DNA of 64,000 nt from Negativicutes bacterium (lineage in GTDB: Bacteria; Bacillota; Negativicutes; UBA1444): positions 64,001 through 128,000 of the forward strand of contig CAXXIN010000016.1 in assembly GCA_963665275.2 (NCBI GenBank), given 5' to 3'. Shown here one piece after another: positions 9,621-18,794 of the stretch. Below the pieces are notes generated by a model. That model was not told the DNA's origin, ran no database searches, and was given only the letters and a program-made list of their open reading frames with translations. Both the position numbers and the translations under genes were made by a program. The number at the start of each line of letters is the position of its first letter. Within the stretch, counting starts at the first letter, position 1.

Positions 9621-10783
9621 GAGAATTTGTATCACACAAGGCTGCACAATTCAAAGAATCCGTAATTCGGGAGATGTCCCGGGTAGCAGCCAAACACAAA
9701 GCAGTGAATCTGGCCCAAGGATTTCCTGATTTTCCGGCGCCACCTGAAATCAAAGATGCCGCCTGCCGGGCCATAATGAACAACCATAATCAATATGCCA
9801 TTACTTGGGGTACGAAAAGCCTGCGGGACGCTATCGTTGCCAAAGTGAAGCGCGACTATGGCGTTGCCTTTGATGCGGAAACCAATCTGACGGTTTGCTG
9901 CGGGGCTACGGAGGGAATGATCGCTTCGTTGATGGCAACAGTCAACCCTGGCGAAGAAGTTGTCATTTTTGAGCCTTTTTATGAGAATTACGGCCCGGAC
10001 GCTATTCTTTGCGGCGCTACGCCGCGGTTTGTCAGCCTGCATGCGCCGGATTTCTCTTTCCGTCACGAGGAACTGGCTGCTGCTTTTAATGAAAAAACTC
10101 GCGCCATTATTATCAATTCGCCTAACAACCCGACAGGCAGGGTTTTCTCCAAAGCTGATATGGAATTCATCGCTGAATTATGCCAAAAATATGATGTGCT
10201 GGCCATTACTGACGAAATTTATGAGCACATCCTCTACGATGGTGCGGAATATATTCCGCTGTGGACGCTGCCTGGCATGGCGGAGCGTACCATCGCAGTC
10301 AACAGCGTTTCCAAAACGTACAGCGTGACGGGCTGGCGTATCGGATTCATCCTGGCCTCTGCGGAATTGACAGCCTCGATCCGCAAAGTTCATGATTTCT
10401 TGACGGTGGGGGCCGCGGCGCCTTTACAGGAAGCGTGCGCCGAAGCCTTCGCATTCCCGGAATCCTACTACCAAGAACTATCCGCGTTTTATCTGGAACG
10501 GCGGGATTATCTGCTGGGAGCGCTGGAAGAAGTGGGTTTCCGCTGCGTGCGTCCCGGGGGCGCGTACTATATTATGGCCGGAATTGAACCTTTTGGGTGG
10601 GATGATGATGTTGCTTTCGCTTTCCATCTTGCGGCGGAAATCGGTGTGGCAGTAGTTCCGGGGTCGAGTTTTTACCAACCCGGACATCCCGATGCGAAAA
10701 AATATATCCGGTTCTGCTTCTGCAAAGAATTGGCGACACTAGAAGCTGCAGTGAATAACTTGAAAAAGTTGAAACGAAAATAA
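9617..10783 (+). CDS. PLP-dependent aminotransferase class I/II
   Basis: NLAQGFPDF, NSPNNPTG, DEIYEH, SKTYSVTGWRIG; ATGA overlap with the upstream gene. Confidence 0.93.
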   Translation: MREFVSHKAAQFKESVIREMSRVAAKHKAVNLAQGFPDFPAPPEIKDAACRAIMNNHNQYAITWGTKSLRDAIVAKVKRDYGVAFDAETNLTVCCGATEGMIASLMATVNPGEEVVIFEPFYENYGPDAILCGATPRFVSLHAPDFSFRHEELAAAFNEKTRAIIINSPNNPTGRVFSKADMEFIAELCQKYDVLAITDEIYEHILYDGAEYIPLWTLPGMAERTIAVNSVSKTYSVTGWRIGFILASAELTASIRKVHDFLTVGAAAPLQEACAEAFAFPESYYQELSAFYLERRDYLLGALEEVGFRCVRPGGAYYIMAGIEPFGWDDDVAFAFHLAAEIGVAVVPGSSFYQPGHPDAKKYIRFCFCKELATLEAAVNNLKKLKRK

Positions 10784-10851
10784 GATACTACTAACGACCT
10801 CTGTTGAAAACCTTACAGTTTCACAATAAAAATGCGCAATATTTAAACTGG

Positions 10852-10880
10852 TTGACAGTAAGTTTGTTACCTGATACAAT
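10852..10880 (+). promoter_or_regulatory. sigmaA promoter of the DAHP synthase leader
   Basis: TTGACA-17 bp-TACAAT. Confidence 0.85.
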
Positions 10881-10922
10881 AACAACAATTATTCAAGTGA
10901 AAAATGTGAGGGTGCTCCGATT

Positions 10923-11060
10923 ATGAAGAACGATACCGTAACCGTTCTGCAAACCCAATATTTTACCTCTTTTGGCTGGCGCTACTTTTTTAGCGTTGGC
11001 TTTTTTACGTGGGGTAAAAAGAATAGCGGGTTTGCGAAGGAGTACTTGCCGATGAGTTGA
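10923..11060 (+). CDS. Aromatic-amino-acid-rich leader peptide (45 aa)
   Basis: MKNDTVTVLQTQYFTSFGWRYFFSVGFFTWGKKNSGFAKEYLPMS: 7 Phe, 3 Tyr, 2 Trp. SD-like GAGGGTG upstream; lies between promoter and terminator. Confidence 0.8.
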   Translation: MKNDTVTVLQTQYFTSFGWRYFFSVGFFTWGKKNSGFAKEYLPMS

Positions 11061-11101
11061 CCGCTCCAGGAAGTGGCGGCAACAAAAATCATAGGCTGTG
11101 T

Positions 11102-11130
11102 AAGAAGGCTCGTTCGGGGCCTTCTTTTTT
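11102..11130 (+). terminator. Attenuator terminator upstream of DAHP synthase
   Basis: AAGAAGGCTC-loop-GGGCCTTCTT-TTTT, about 40 nt before the start codon. Confidence 0.85.
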
Positions 11131-11169
11131 GTTACCCATTCACGAATGAAAAGTAGGGAGGATGACATC

Positions 11170-12183
11170 ATGGTTATCGTATTGCATACCGCGGCGACTC
11201 CGGCACAGGAAGCTGAAATTCTGCAAGAAATCGCAAAGGGCGGTTGCAGCGCCTGCAAAACGAAGGATTGTTCCAGGGTTGTTTTCGGCGTGATTGGTGA
11301 TACGAAGCACATTGACCGCGACAAAATTCAAGCGATATCCTGTGTGGAACAGGTACATTCGGTGAAAGAGCCGTACAAACGAGCCAATCGGTTGTTTCAT
11401 CCGGAAAATACCGTAGTCCAGGTCGGGGACCAACAAATTGGTGATGGTAACGTCACGGTGATGGCCGGTCCTTGCTCGGTGGAAAGCGAAGAGCAGATTG
11501 TCAGCATCGCGCAGGCGGTCAAAAATGCCGGCGCCGGTTTCTTACGGGGCGGCGCCTTCAAACCGCGCACCTCTCCGTACAGTTTCCAAGGGTTGAAGGA
11601 AGAAGGGCTGGAGCTTTTGAAAATTGCCAGGGAGGCAACGGGGTTGCCGATTGTCAGCGAGATTATGTCCGCTGCAATGCTGGACAGATTTGTGTCGGAA
11701 GTGGACGTCATTCAAATCGGCGCCCGCAATATGCAGAACTTCGATTTGTTGAAAGAGGTGGGGCAGACGCGGAAGCCGGTTTTGTTAAAACGCGGTCAGA
11801 GTGCAACGATCGAGGAGTTTCTCATGTCGGCGGAATATATCATGGCCGGTGGAAATGAAAACGTTATTTTGTGTGAAAGAGGAATTCGAACCTTTGAAAC
11901 CTACACCCGCAATACCCTTGACTTGAGTGCAGTTTTAGCGATCAAAAGAATGAGCCATCTACCGGTATTGGTTGATCCAAGTCATGCCGCCGGCCTGTGG
12001 TGGATGGTGGAATCCCTTTCCAAAGCAGCGGTTGCAGTGGGAGCAGACGGCGTGATCATCGAAGTTCATAACGATCCTGAGAATGCCCGGTGCGACGGGC
12101 AGCAGTCAATCACTCCGGATCGATTTGCCAACTTGATGCAATCATTGCGGGCGATTGCACAATGTGAAAACAGGGTAGTCTGA
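11170..12183 (+). CDS. aroF: 3-deoxy-7-phosphoheptulonate (DAHP) synthase, type I-beta with N-terminal ferredoxin-like regulatory domain
   Basis: AGPCSVES, GGAFKPRTSPYSFQG, GARNMQNF, LCERGIRTFE, DPSH. Confidence 0.95.
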   Translation: MVIVLHTAATPAQEAEILQEIAKGGCSACKTKDCSRVVFGVIGDTKHIDRDKIQAISCVEQVHSVKEPYKRANRLFHPENTVVQVGDQQIGDGNVTVMAGPCSVESEEQIVSIAQAVKNAGAGFLRGGAFKPRTSPYSFQGLKEEGLELLKIAREATGLPIVSEIMSAAMLDRFVSEVDVIQIGARNMQNFDLLKEVGQTRKPVLLKRGQSATIEEFLMSAEYIMAGGNENVILCERGIRTFETYTRNTLDLSAVLAIKRMSHLPVLVDPSHAAGLWWMVESLSKAAVAVGADGVIIEVHNDPENARCDGQQSITPDRFANLMQSLRAIAQCENRVV

Positions 12184-12321
12184 GAGAAATGCTCTCCACT
12201 GACGAACAGGGGCTACTCTTGTTTAATTGTAGCGAACACACTACAATTAATAAATACAAGTTTGGGTGATGCGCATCTACCCATCTACCATATGGGGGAC
12301 TGTTGTTTGGAAGTTACAACG

Positions 12322-13062
12322 ATGTTGTTCGTTTTCGGAGTTATTTTATTCGCAGGAGTAGTACAAACGGTTACCGGATTTGCGTATGCACTGATTGCAG
12401 TGCCTCTGCTGGCGATGGTGACCGGACCCCGTGACGCAATCGTTCTGGTGTTGTTTACCGGAATGATGATGAAAATCATGATGGTGTGCAAGACGTGGCA
12501 TGAAGGCGATTTCTCGCGCATCTGGCTGATTTTTGTCGCCAGCCTGTTTGGCAGTTTGCCGGGTGTTTATGTTTTGCGATGGATTGATGACGGGACACTA
12601 AAAATTTTTATCAGCATTGTGCTGCTGCTCTGTACTGCCGGCTTGTGTGCGCAGTGCAAGGTGACGATCCGGCGGCCGTGGCTGGCAAAGTCGGTGGTGG
12701 GAGTCATCAGTGGTTTTCTTGGCGCAACCACCGCCTTCAACGGTCCCCCTATTGTTCTTTATATGATGAATGAAAATGAAGATAAAGTGGTAATGCGGGC
12801 CAATCTGGTTCGTTACTTCATGCTCGGGAATATAGCGACGCTGAGCATGTCTGTGTACATGGGCAGCTTGCCTGTGGGGAGGGAGCTTTTTACTTACGCG
12901 ATGCTTTCGGTTCCGGCTATCGTACTCTCCTGGTGGTTGGGCAATAAAGTTTTTCAGGGACTGAATCCGGTTCTGTTCCGGCGGATTGCGATGGTGATTA
13001 TCGGCTGCAGCGCAGTGGTGACGCTGGGGACTGGTCTTGCTCCGTGGTTTCGGAGACTATAG
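12322..13062 (+). CDS. TauE/SafE (sulfite exporter-like) membrane protein
   Basis: GVVQTVTGFAYALIAVP and GFLGATTAFNGPP repeats; multiple TM helices. Confidence 0.85.
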   Translation: MLFVFGVILFAGVVQTVTGFAYALIAVPLLAMVTGPRDAIVLVLFTGMMMKIMMVCKTWHEGDFSRIWLIFVASLFGSLPGVYVLRWIDDGTLKIFISIVLLLCTAGLCAQCKVTIRRPWLAKSVVGVISGFLGATTAFNGPPIVLYMMNENEDKVVMRANLVRYFMLGNIATLSMSVYMGSLPVGRELFTYAMLSVPAIVLSWWLGNKVFQGLNPVLFRRIAMVIIGCSAVVTLGTGLAPWFRRL

Positions 13063-13166
13063 GCGGGTTGAATTCGGGGCGGAACTTGCAGGAAAAAGTA
13101 AGGTTATGGAGAATGCCTTGTTAAAAGATTTTAAACGAAGTATATGTTGTGAAAGAGGGAGTAAGA

Positions 13167-13598
13167 ATGCGCTCATTGCTGGTGGGTCTGCTGATTGTTT
13201 TGCAAATGGTAGTATCCGGTTCACAAGTCGCACTTGCCGCGTTTTCATCGACCACCGTTAAAGTATCAGTGGATGAGGCGTTTTGGGATCAATATCACCT
13301 CGTCAATCCGAGCTCGGTCAGTGGCGATGTGGAAAAGATTTATAAGATTAAAAAGGTCGAAGTTCGTTTGATGGCTGGCGATAGGGAGTTCGGCGTACAT
13401 ACTTTTACACGTGAGGATAACAAACCCCAGAAATTCGAACTGTTGCATGGGGTTTCCGCCACGCTGATGGTTCGTATCAAGTCCTCCGCCGCCGACAATG
13501 TGATCTGGATGAGTTCTTATCCGTTCAAAGACACCGGCGATGATATTGTGATCAAAGCGATACCGGCCTCGGTAACTCTCAATTATCCCGGTCTCTAA
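13167..13598 (+). CDS. Secreted hypothetical protein
   Basis: Signal peptide MRSLLVGLLIVLQ...ALA; RBS GAGGGAG. Confidence 0.7.
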   Translation: MRSLLVGLLIVLQMVVSGSQVALAAFSSTTVKVSVDEAFWDQYHLVNPSSVSGDVEKIYKIKKVEVRLMAGDREFGVHTFTREDNKPQKFELLHGVSATLMVRIKSSAADNVIWMSSYPFKDTGDDIVIKAIPASVTLNYPGL

Positions 13599-13606
13599 AA
13601 ACAAAG

Positions 13607-13646
13607 AAAACACCTGCGTGAGAGCGACTCATCCGCAGGTGTTTTT
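13607..13646. terminator. Bidirectional terminator
   Basis: AAAACACCTGCG...CGCAGGTGTTTT. Confidence 0.75.
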
Positions 13647-13648
13647 GT

Positions 13649-14872
13649 TTACAGTACCTGACTGATATGCATAACTTTAAATTTGCCGCCGCTGAGTTCG
13701 GCGGCTTTGGTCATTTGAACCAGGCACGTCGGACATTCGGTTACTACGATGTCGGCTTGCGTATTTTCGATGCTGGTTCGCTTTTTTTCGAGCAGTGAGC
13801 CGGCAACCTCGGGATAATCGATGTGAAATGACCCTGCTCCGCCGCAGCACGCATCGGCGCCCTTCATTTCAATGTAGTTGCCTGCCGCCTTCAACAGTTC
13901 GCGCGGTTGCGAGCGGACTCCCTGGCCGCGACCAAGGTGACAAGGTTCGTGGAAGGTAAGTTTTGCATTGGTTTTTTGTCGCGGCTTATATCCTGCCGTG
14001 ACCAGGTATTCGGTCAAATCCATGATTTTCTTGCTGAAGGCTTCCGCGCGTTCTTTCCATTCCGCATCATCGGCAAAGTATTTGCCGAAATGTTTCAGGG
14101 TGCTGCTGCAACTGGCGCAGTCCGTAACGATGACATCCGCCGCTTCAAACAGGCGGATATTATCTTTGGCCATTTTATAAAAATCTTCTTGCATGCCGTG
14201 TGCGATGTGGAGCAGTCCGCAGCAGGTGTTGTCGACAAATTGCGGGTCTGTGATGGAGGATAGGATTTCGCGGGTTTTGTTCGCAGCATCAGGAAACATC
14301 ATTTCCATGCCGCAGCCCCGGAAATAGGCCACCTTGGTATTGGCCGAAACCGATACGGCAGGTAGGTCTGCAGGCGCTCCTAGTGCTGCGGGACCGGCAA
14401 AAGCGGCAGTATATTCATCTCGGGTGAATTCGCAGGGAACCACGCCGTGAGGAACCAATTTGTTGACGCCGATTTTTCGCATAACGCCGAGCGCACCAGC
14501 TGAAAACTTCACCATCAGCCGGTTTTTCATCAGACTACCGAGCACTTTATATTCCAGACTTACGCTGCCGCTGGTATGCGACAGATACTGCCGCAATGCC
14601 ATCATCGCTTCATCGGTCTGCACTTTGGTAGGACAGTTGTCGACGCAGGTTCGACACAACAAACAAAAATTCATGGCGTCCAGTACTGCTGGTGTCGGCT
14701 TGACCACGCCCTGCAGCAGCCCGAGCGCGAGGTTGTTCTTTCCCCGGGCGCTGGAGGACTCCACATCCTTGGCGCCATAAAGGGGACATACCGTCAGGCA
14801 GGTGCCACAGCGATCACACTGACTCACGATTTCCTGAACTGTTTGGAGTAATTCCTGTTGAGTTTTCATCAA
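13649..14872 (-). CDS. glcF: GlcF-like Fe-S subunit (2x[4Fe-4S] plus two CCG domains)
   Basis: CDRCGTCLTVCP, CLLCRTCVDNCP, TCCG, FHEPCHL, CCGGAG. Confidence 0.8.
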   Translation of the reverse strand: MMKTQQELLQTVQEIVSQCDRCGTCLTVCPLYGAKDVESSSARGKNNLALGLLQGVVKPTPAVLDAMNFCLLCRTCVDNCPTKVQTDEAMMALRQYLSHTSGSVSLEYKVLGSLMKNRLMVKFSAGALGVMRKIGVNKLVPHGVVPCEFTRDEYTAAFAGPAALGAPADLPAVSVSANTKVAYFRGCGMEMMFPDAANKTREILSSITDPQFVDNTCCGLLHIAHGMQEDFYKMAKDNIRLFEAADVIVTDCASCSSTLKHFGKYFADDAEWKERAEAFSKKIMDLTEYLVTAGYKPRQKTNAKLTFHEPCHLGRGQGVRSQPRELLKAAGNYIEMKGADACCGGAGSFHIDYPEVAGSLLEKKRTSIENTQADIVVTECPTCLVQMTKAAELSGGKFKVMHISQVL

Positions 14873-14890
14873 TTCTGCAGGCTCCTTCCC

Positions 14891-16285
14891 TTAGCTTTCC
14901 CAGATTTTGCCCGGATTGAGGATTCCCTTCGGGTCCAGCGCCTGTTTGATCGCTTTGTGGGCGTTGACGCCGGCTTCGCCCAGCGCGTTGATCAAGTAAG
15001 GCTTTTTGGTGATGCCGATGCCGTGCTCGCCGGAGAGTGTGCCGCCAACAGCCAGTGCTTCGGTGAAAATTTCGGCGATGGCATGGTGAACCTTGCCGGC
15101 ATGGTCAGGATTGGACATGTCGCATAAAACCGAAGGATGTACATTGCCGTCGCCGGCATGTCCGTAGACTGCAATTGTCAGGTCGTATTTCTCAGCGATC
15201 TTGCGGATGCGACGGATGATTTCCGGAAAAGCATCGCGGGGGACGGAGATGTCTTCGCCGAATCGGTTGGGAGCCATGGCGCCGATGGCAGAACTGAGGC
15301 CGCGGCGGATCGCCCAGATTTCTTCTGATTCTTTGAAGGATCCGGCGATGCGAACTTCTTTGACGCCGTGCTGACTGGCGATTTCTTTGATTTTTTCCGC
15401 TTGCGCGTCCAGGGTTGCACTGTCAGGTCCATCGATTTCGAGGATGATACAGGCGGCGATTGAGGGGTCGATGTCTAGCTTGCGGTGACGGGCAACGGCC
15501 TGAATACTGGTTTTGTCCATTAGCTCGGCAGCGGCGGGAATGAGTCCGGACTGCAGCATCGTATGGATGGTGCCGCAAGCTTCATCTAGGGAGGGGAACA
15601 TCAACTGCAGCGTATTTCGCGCCTTGGGCATAGGGATGAGGCGCAACAGGATTTTGGTGACAACGCCAAGAGTGCCTTCGGATCCGACCAGAAGCTGCGT
15701 CAGGTTATAACCGGTGACGTTTTTGATGGCTTTGCCGCCGGTTTGGATTACCGACCCGTCGGCCAACACGACTTCCAGGCCCATCACATAGTTGTTGGTT
15801 ACGCCATATTTGACAGCTCTCATGCCACCGGCATTCTCTGCAATGTTGCCGCCAAGGGTGGAGTATTTCCAGCTTGCAGGATCGGGTGGATAGAACAGGC
15901 CTTTTTCCGCACAATAATTATACAGGTCCATGGTACGAACACCTGCTTCAACATGGACCATCATATTCTTTTCATCCAACTCGAGTATTTTGTCCATGCG
16001 GGTCAGCGAAAGGGCTATGCCGCCTGAGAGCGGAATACTGCCGCCGGTGCGCCCGCTGGAAGTTCCGCGCGGAGTTACCGCAATCCCGTTGGTGTTGGCG
16101 AGCGCCATGACTGCCGAAACCTCTGCTGTCGTTGCAGGACGGACCACAACTTCTGGTTGGTTTTTGTCGGCTAGCGCAACAAAGGAGGAATCATACGAAT
16201 AACCGAAACGATCGATGTCCGAGTCCAGAACGTACTCCTTGCCGACAATGGAGCGTAGTTGATTCTTGAGGTCTTCATTGATCAT
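14891..16285 (-). CDS. glcD: GlcD-like FAD-linked 2-hydroxyacid (glycolate/lactate) dehydrogenase
   Basis: YPPDPAS, GGNIAENAGG, GSEGTLG, GHAGDGNVH, SGEHGIG, DPKGILNPGK. Confidence 0.85.
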   Translation of the reverse strand: MINEDLKNQLRSIVGKEYVLDSDIDRFGYSYDSSFVALADKNQPEVVVRPATTAEVSAVMALANTNGIAVTPRGTSSGRTGGSIPLSGGIALSLTRMDKILELDEKNMMVHVEAGVRTMDLYNYCAEKGLFYPPDPASWKYSTLGGNIAENAGGMRAVKYGVTNNYVMGLEVVLADGSVIQTGGKAIKNVTGYNLTQLLVGSEGTLGVVTKILLRLIPMPKARNTLQLMFPSLDEACGTIHTMLQSGLIPAAAELMDKTSIQAVARHRKLDIDPSIAACIILEIDGPDSATLDAQAEKIKEIASQHGVKEVRIAGSFKESEEIWAIRRGLSSAIGAMAPNRFGEDISVPRDAFPEIIRRIRKIAEKYDLTIAVYGHAGDGNVHPSVLCDMSNPDHAGKVHHAIAEIFTEALAVGGTLSGEHGIGITKKPYLINALGEAGVNAHKAIKQALDPKGILNPGKIWES

Positions 16286-16597
16286 CTAGACACTTCCCTC
16301 CTACGTTATGCTACAAATGTTTCGCCGGAGCAAGAACAAGTATAGTATTTGTATCTATTGATATCATAAAAGCTTGGATAAATACAATATAATGTAATAA
16401 TGTTATCATGAAATGCTTTCATGTATATGCTAATACTTCGATTTGTGTTATCGATCCAGCCGGATAGTTCGCACTATCTGGCAATAGTGCGCCAGCTTAG
16501 ACCATTGGTTGTAGTGAAAGATAAAGAGGACTTTCGGATAAATTATCGAAATATTGCGTAGACGCAGTTTTGATAAGTGTAAAATAGGGAGGGGAGC

Positions 16598-16756
16598 ATG
16601 AGGGTGACAGATGAGATTCAAAAGAAAGTAAATGAGATCATGGGTTGCGTCGAGGAAGAGACCACTGCCGTCGAAACCTTGGCTTTTGAACTGCAGCAAT
16701 TATCGGCAGTCAGCAATCAACTTTCATCCGCCATTATGGCTCAAGGCAAGATGTGA
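16598..16756 (+). CDS. Small coiled-coil protein (52 aa) resembling an MCP C-terminal methylation helix
   Basis: RBS GGGAGGGG; MRVTDEIQKKVNEIMGCVEEETTAVETLAFELQQLSAVSNQLSSAIMAQGKM; followed by a hairpin. Confidence 0.55.
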   Translation: MRVTDEIQKKVNEIMGCVEEETTAVETLAFELQQLSAVSNQLSSAIMAQGKM

Positions 16757-16797
16757 AATAGGCAGCTTTGCATATTTAATACGCAAAACTGCCTATT
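16756..16797. terminator. Hairpin, possibly a bidirectional terminator
   Basis: AATAGGCAG-CTTTGC...GCAAAA-CTGCCTATT. Confidence 0.55.
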
Positions 16798-16846
16798 CGC
16801 TATTTCGGTTATTAATGTAAAAAGAAACGAATTTTTGAGAATTGAT

Positions 16847-16960
16847 GTTCGCGGTCCGACACTACCAAGTGCCATGCTGACGAGCATTCATGCTGGTCAG
16901 GTGTTTGGCGCCATTTTGTCCTGCCGTACGCTGTCAGGAATCCCTGACAGGCCCGCGAAT
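16847..16960. ncRNA. Candidate structured RNA (multi-branch fold), strand uncertain
   Basis: Closing stem TTCGCGG/CCGCGAA encloses GTGCCA-CTGAC-AGCAT/ATGCT-GTCAG-TGGCGC and CTGTCAGG/CCTGACAG hairpins; no credible ORF. Confidence 0.4.
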
Positions 16961-16989
16961 AGATTGCGTGAAACTGAAAAATATAAACA

Positions 16990-17006
16990 TGCAAGTATCG
17001 CGCCAA
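16990..17006 (-). promoter_or_regulatory. sigma54 (-24/-12) promoter divergent from the activator gene
   Basis: Minus strand TTGGCGCGATACTTGCA: GG-N10-GC, close to the TGGCACG-N4-TTGC consensus. Confidence 0.65.
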
Positions 17007-17107
17007 GCTAATACTGTTTGGCGGTCAATGTTTATTTGAAGGGGAATGCAACCTGAAAAAATGGAGAGATTAGCTCACGGATAGTATGGAATGAAGGCGG
17101 ACACACT

Positions 17108-18490
17108 ATGAATGAAAAAAACACGGATATTGTTCAGGAAAATCAATTATTATGGCGATTGGTGGATTCTTCTTATGATGGAGTATTTTTGACTGATGCT
17201 GAGGGAGTTGTTGTATATTGCAACGAATCTTATCTGCAGATATCGGGATTGAAACGGGAAAAAATCATTGGACGGCAGATTGTTGAGATGGTAGAAGCTG
17301 GAGAAATCCCTGATGCATGCTCGCCGGACGTAATTGCGCAGAAAAAGCCTTTGACAAAGGTTATAAACTATTACCATGGGGTTTCGGCGCTCGTAACCAG
17401 CACGCCGATTTTCGATGAAAGTGGTCAGTTGATTCGTGTATTTTCAAATGTCAGAGATATTACCCAATTAATTCAGCTCAAGGAAAAGCTGGGTGAATAT
17501 TCGCGACGGTTGCGGCAAGCAGAACGGGCAGGCCGGGATGATACAAGAATGTTGGCTGTCAGCAAAGAAATGGAAGACATTGTAAAGACGGCGACGCGCG
17601 TGGCGAGCTTTTCCTCGCCGGTTCTGATTCAGGGCGAGTCTGGCGTGGGAAAGGATATGTTGGCGCGATATATCCATGATTGTAGTGATGTATCCGAAAA
17701 TCGGCCCTTTGTGCAGATCAATTGTAGTGCGATTCCCGAAACTCTTTTGGAATCTGAACTTTTTGGCTATGAATCCGGCGCCTTTACCGGCGCCTCGACT
17801 AAAGGGAAAATTGGGCTGCTGGAGCTGGCCAATAACGGGACCTTGTTTTTGGACGAAATTGGTGAAATGCCTATGTCATTGCAAGTTAAAATGCTGCAGG
17901 TCCTTCAGACTAGCACAATGTTTCGAGTAGGGGGAACAAAAAAAGTCGAATTGACTACGCGTATTATCGCGGCGACCAACAATGATCTAAATAAATTGAT
18001 GGCGGTTGGCCGGTTTCGGCAAGATCTGTTTTATCGCCTGAATGTTATCCCGATTTACATCCCGCCATTACGCGAGCGAAAGGCAGACCTGATTCCGCTG
18101 ATATACCACTTTCTCGAAAAGAAAAATCTTAAATTTAATCTCAACCGCAAATTATTGCCGTCGGCGATGGAAATTTTGTCAAATTACGATTGGCCCGGCA
18201 ATGTGCGTGAATTGAATAACGTGATTGAACGTATGATGATTATGACGGAAGGCAATGTAATCGATGAAAAAAGCATCCCGCAATTCATTACGCAGTCCGT
18301 TAAAAAGCCTTTATACATCGATACCCCCGATTACTTTGACTCGTTTGATTTGGGCGAAATCATCACGACAGTGGAAAAAGAAGTGATTCGCAAAGCGATA
18401 GCAGAGTTTGGGGCATTGCGCAATGTTTCTGAGCATTTAGGAATTGATCTGTCTACACTCGTTCGCAAAAAGCGAAAGTATAAACTGTAA
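17108..18490 (+). CDS. sigma54-dependent transcriptional activator (PAS-AAA+-HTH)
   Basis: N-terminal PAS, GESGVGKD, ESELFGYESGAFTGA, LFLDEIGE, WPGNVREL, C-terminal HTH. Confidence 0.95.
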   Translation: MNEKNTDIVQENQLLWRLVDSSYDGVFLTDAEGVVVYCNESYLQISGLKREKIIGRQIVEMVEAGEIPDACSPDVIAQKKPLTKVINYYHGVSALVTSTPIFDESGQLIRVFSNVRDITQLIQLKEKLGEYSRRLRQAERAGRDDTRMLAVSKEMEDIVKTATRVASFSSPVLIQGESGVGKDMLARYIHDCSDVSENRPFVQINCSAIPETLLESELFGYESGAFTGASTKGKIGLLELANNGTLFLDEIGEMPMSLQVKMLQVLQTSTMFRVGGTKKVELTTRIIAATNNDLNKLMAVGRFRQDLFYRLNVIPIYIPPLRERKADLIPLIYHFLEKKNLKFNLNRKLLPSAMEILSNYDWPGNVRELNNVIERMMIMTEGNVIDEKSIPQFITQSVKKPLYIDTPDYFDSFDLGEIITTVEKEVIRKAIAEFGALRNVSEHLGIDLSTLVRKKRKYKL

Positions 18491-18547
18491 AGTCGCCTTT
18501 ACATCGAGAAAATCGGTAAATTAAGTTTGGTAAAGCTAAATTAGTAA

Positions 18548-18604
18548 GCTGTCAGTGACATTGCTGCGCACGTGCATATGCAATAATGCTCACGGCAGCT
18601 TTTT
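18548..18604 (+). terminator. Probable terminator of the activator gene
   Basis: AGCTGTC-GTGA-CATT...AATG-TCAC-GGCAGCT followed by TTTT. Confidence 0.5.
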
Positions 18605-18722
18605 ATATTTGCGGCGCAATCAAGTCGCTGAATTGTCTGATAAATTATTATAAGCCGCTACAGCCCCAATCGGCGCGATGGATGCCGGTTTGTGAAAGAA
18701 AAACAGGCAAAAGACGTTATTG

Positions 18723-18739
18723 TTGGCATATATAATGCA
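18723..18739 (+). promoter_or_regulatory. sigma54 (-24/-12) promoter
   Basis: TTGGCATATATAATGCA: GG at 18725-26, GC at 18737-38, 10-nt spacing. Confidence 0.7.
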
Positions 18740-18794
18740 TAGTTAGTGAGTCAACAGAGGACGCGCGAATAGTAAAAATGAGGAGGAGAAAAAA

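Noticed and set aside
10890-11130. T-box riboswitch as the explanation for the aroF leader terminator
   Set aside because: No GGTGGNACC T-box or stem I motifs are visible; the uORF explains the leader better.
16476-16496. Possible sigma54 promoter for glcDF (minus strand TGGCGCACTATTGC)
   Set aside because: GG-to-GC spacing is 9 nt rather than the required 10.
16905-16950. Minus-strand ACGGCAGGACAAAA resembling the ykkC/guanidine-I riboswitch 3' segment
   Set aside because: The following GCCCGGGAG and the upstream UAGGGUUCCG elements are missing, and there is no downstream effector gene.
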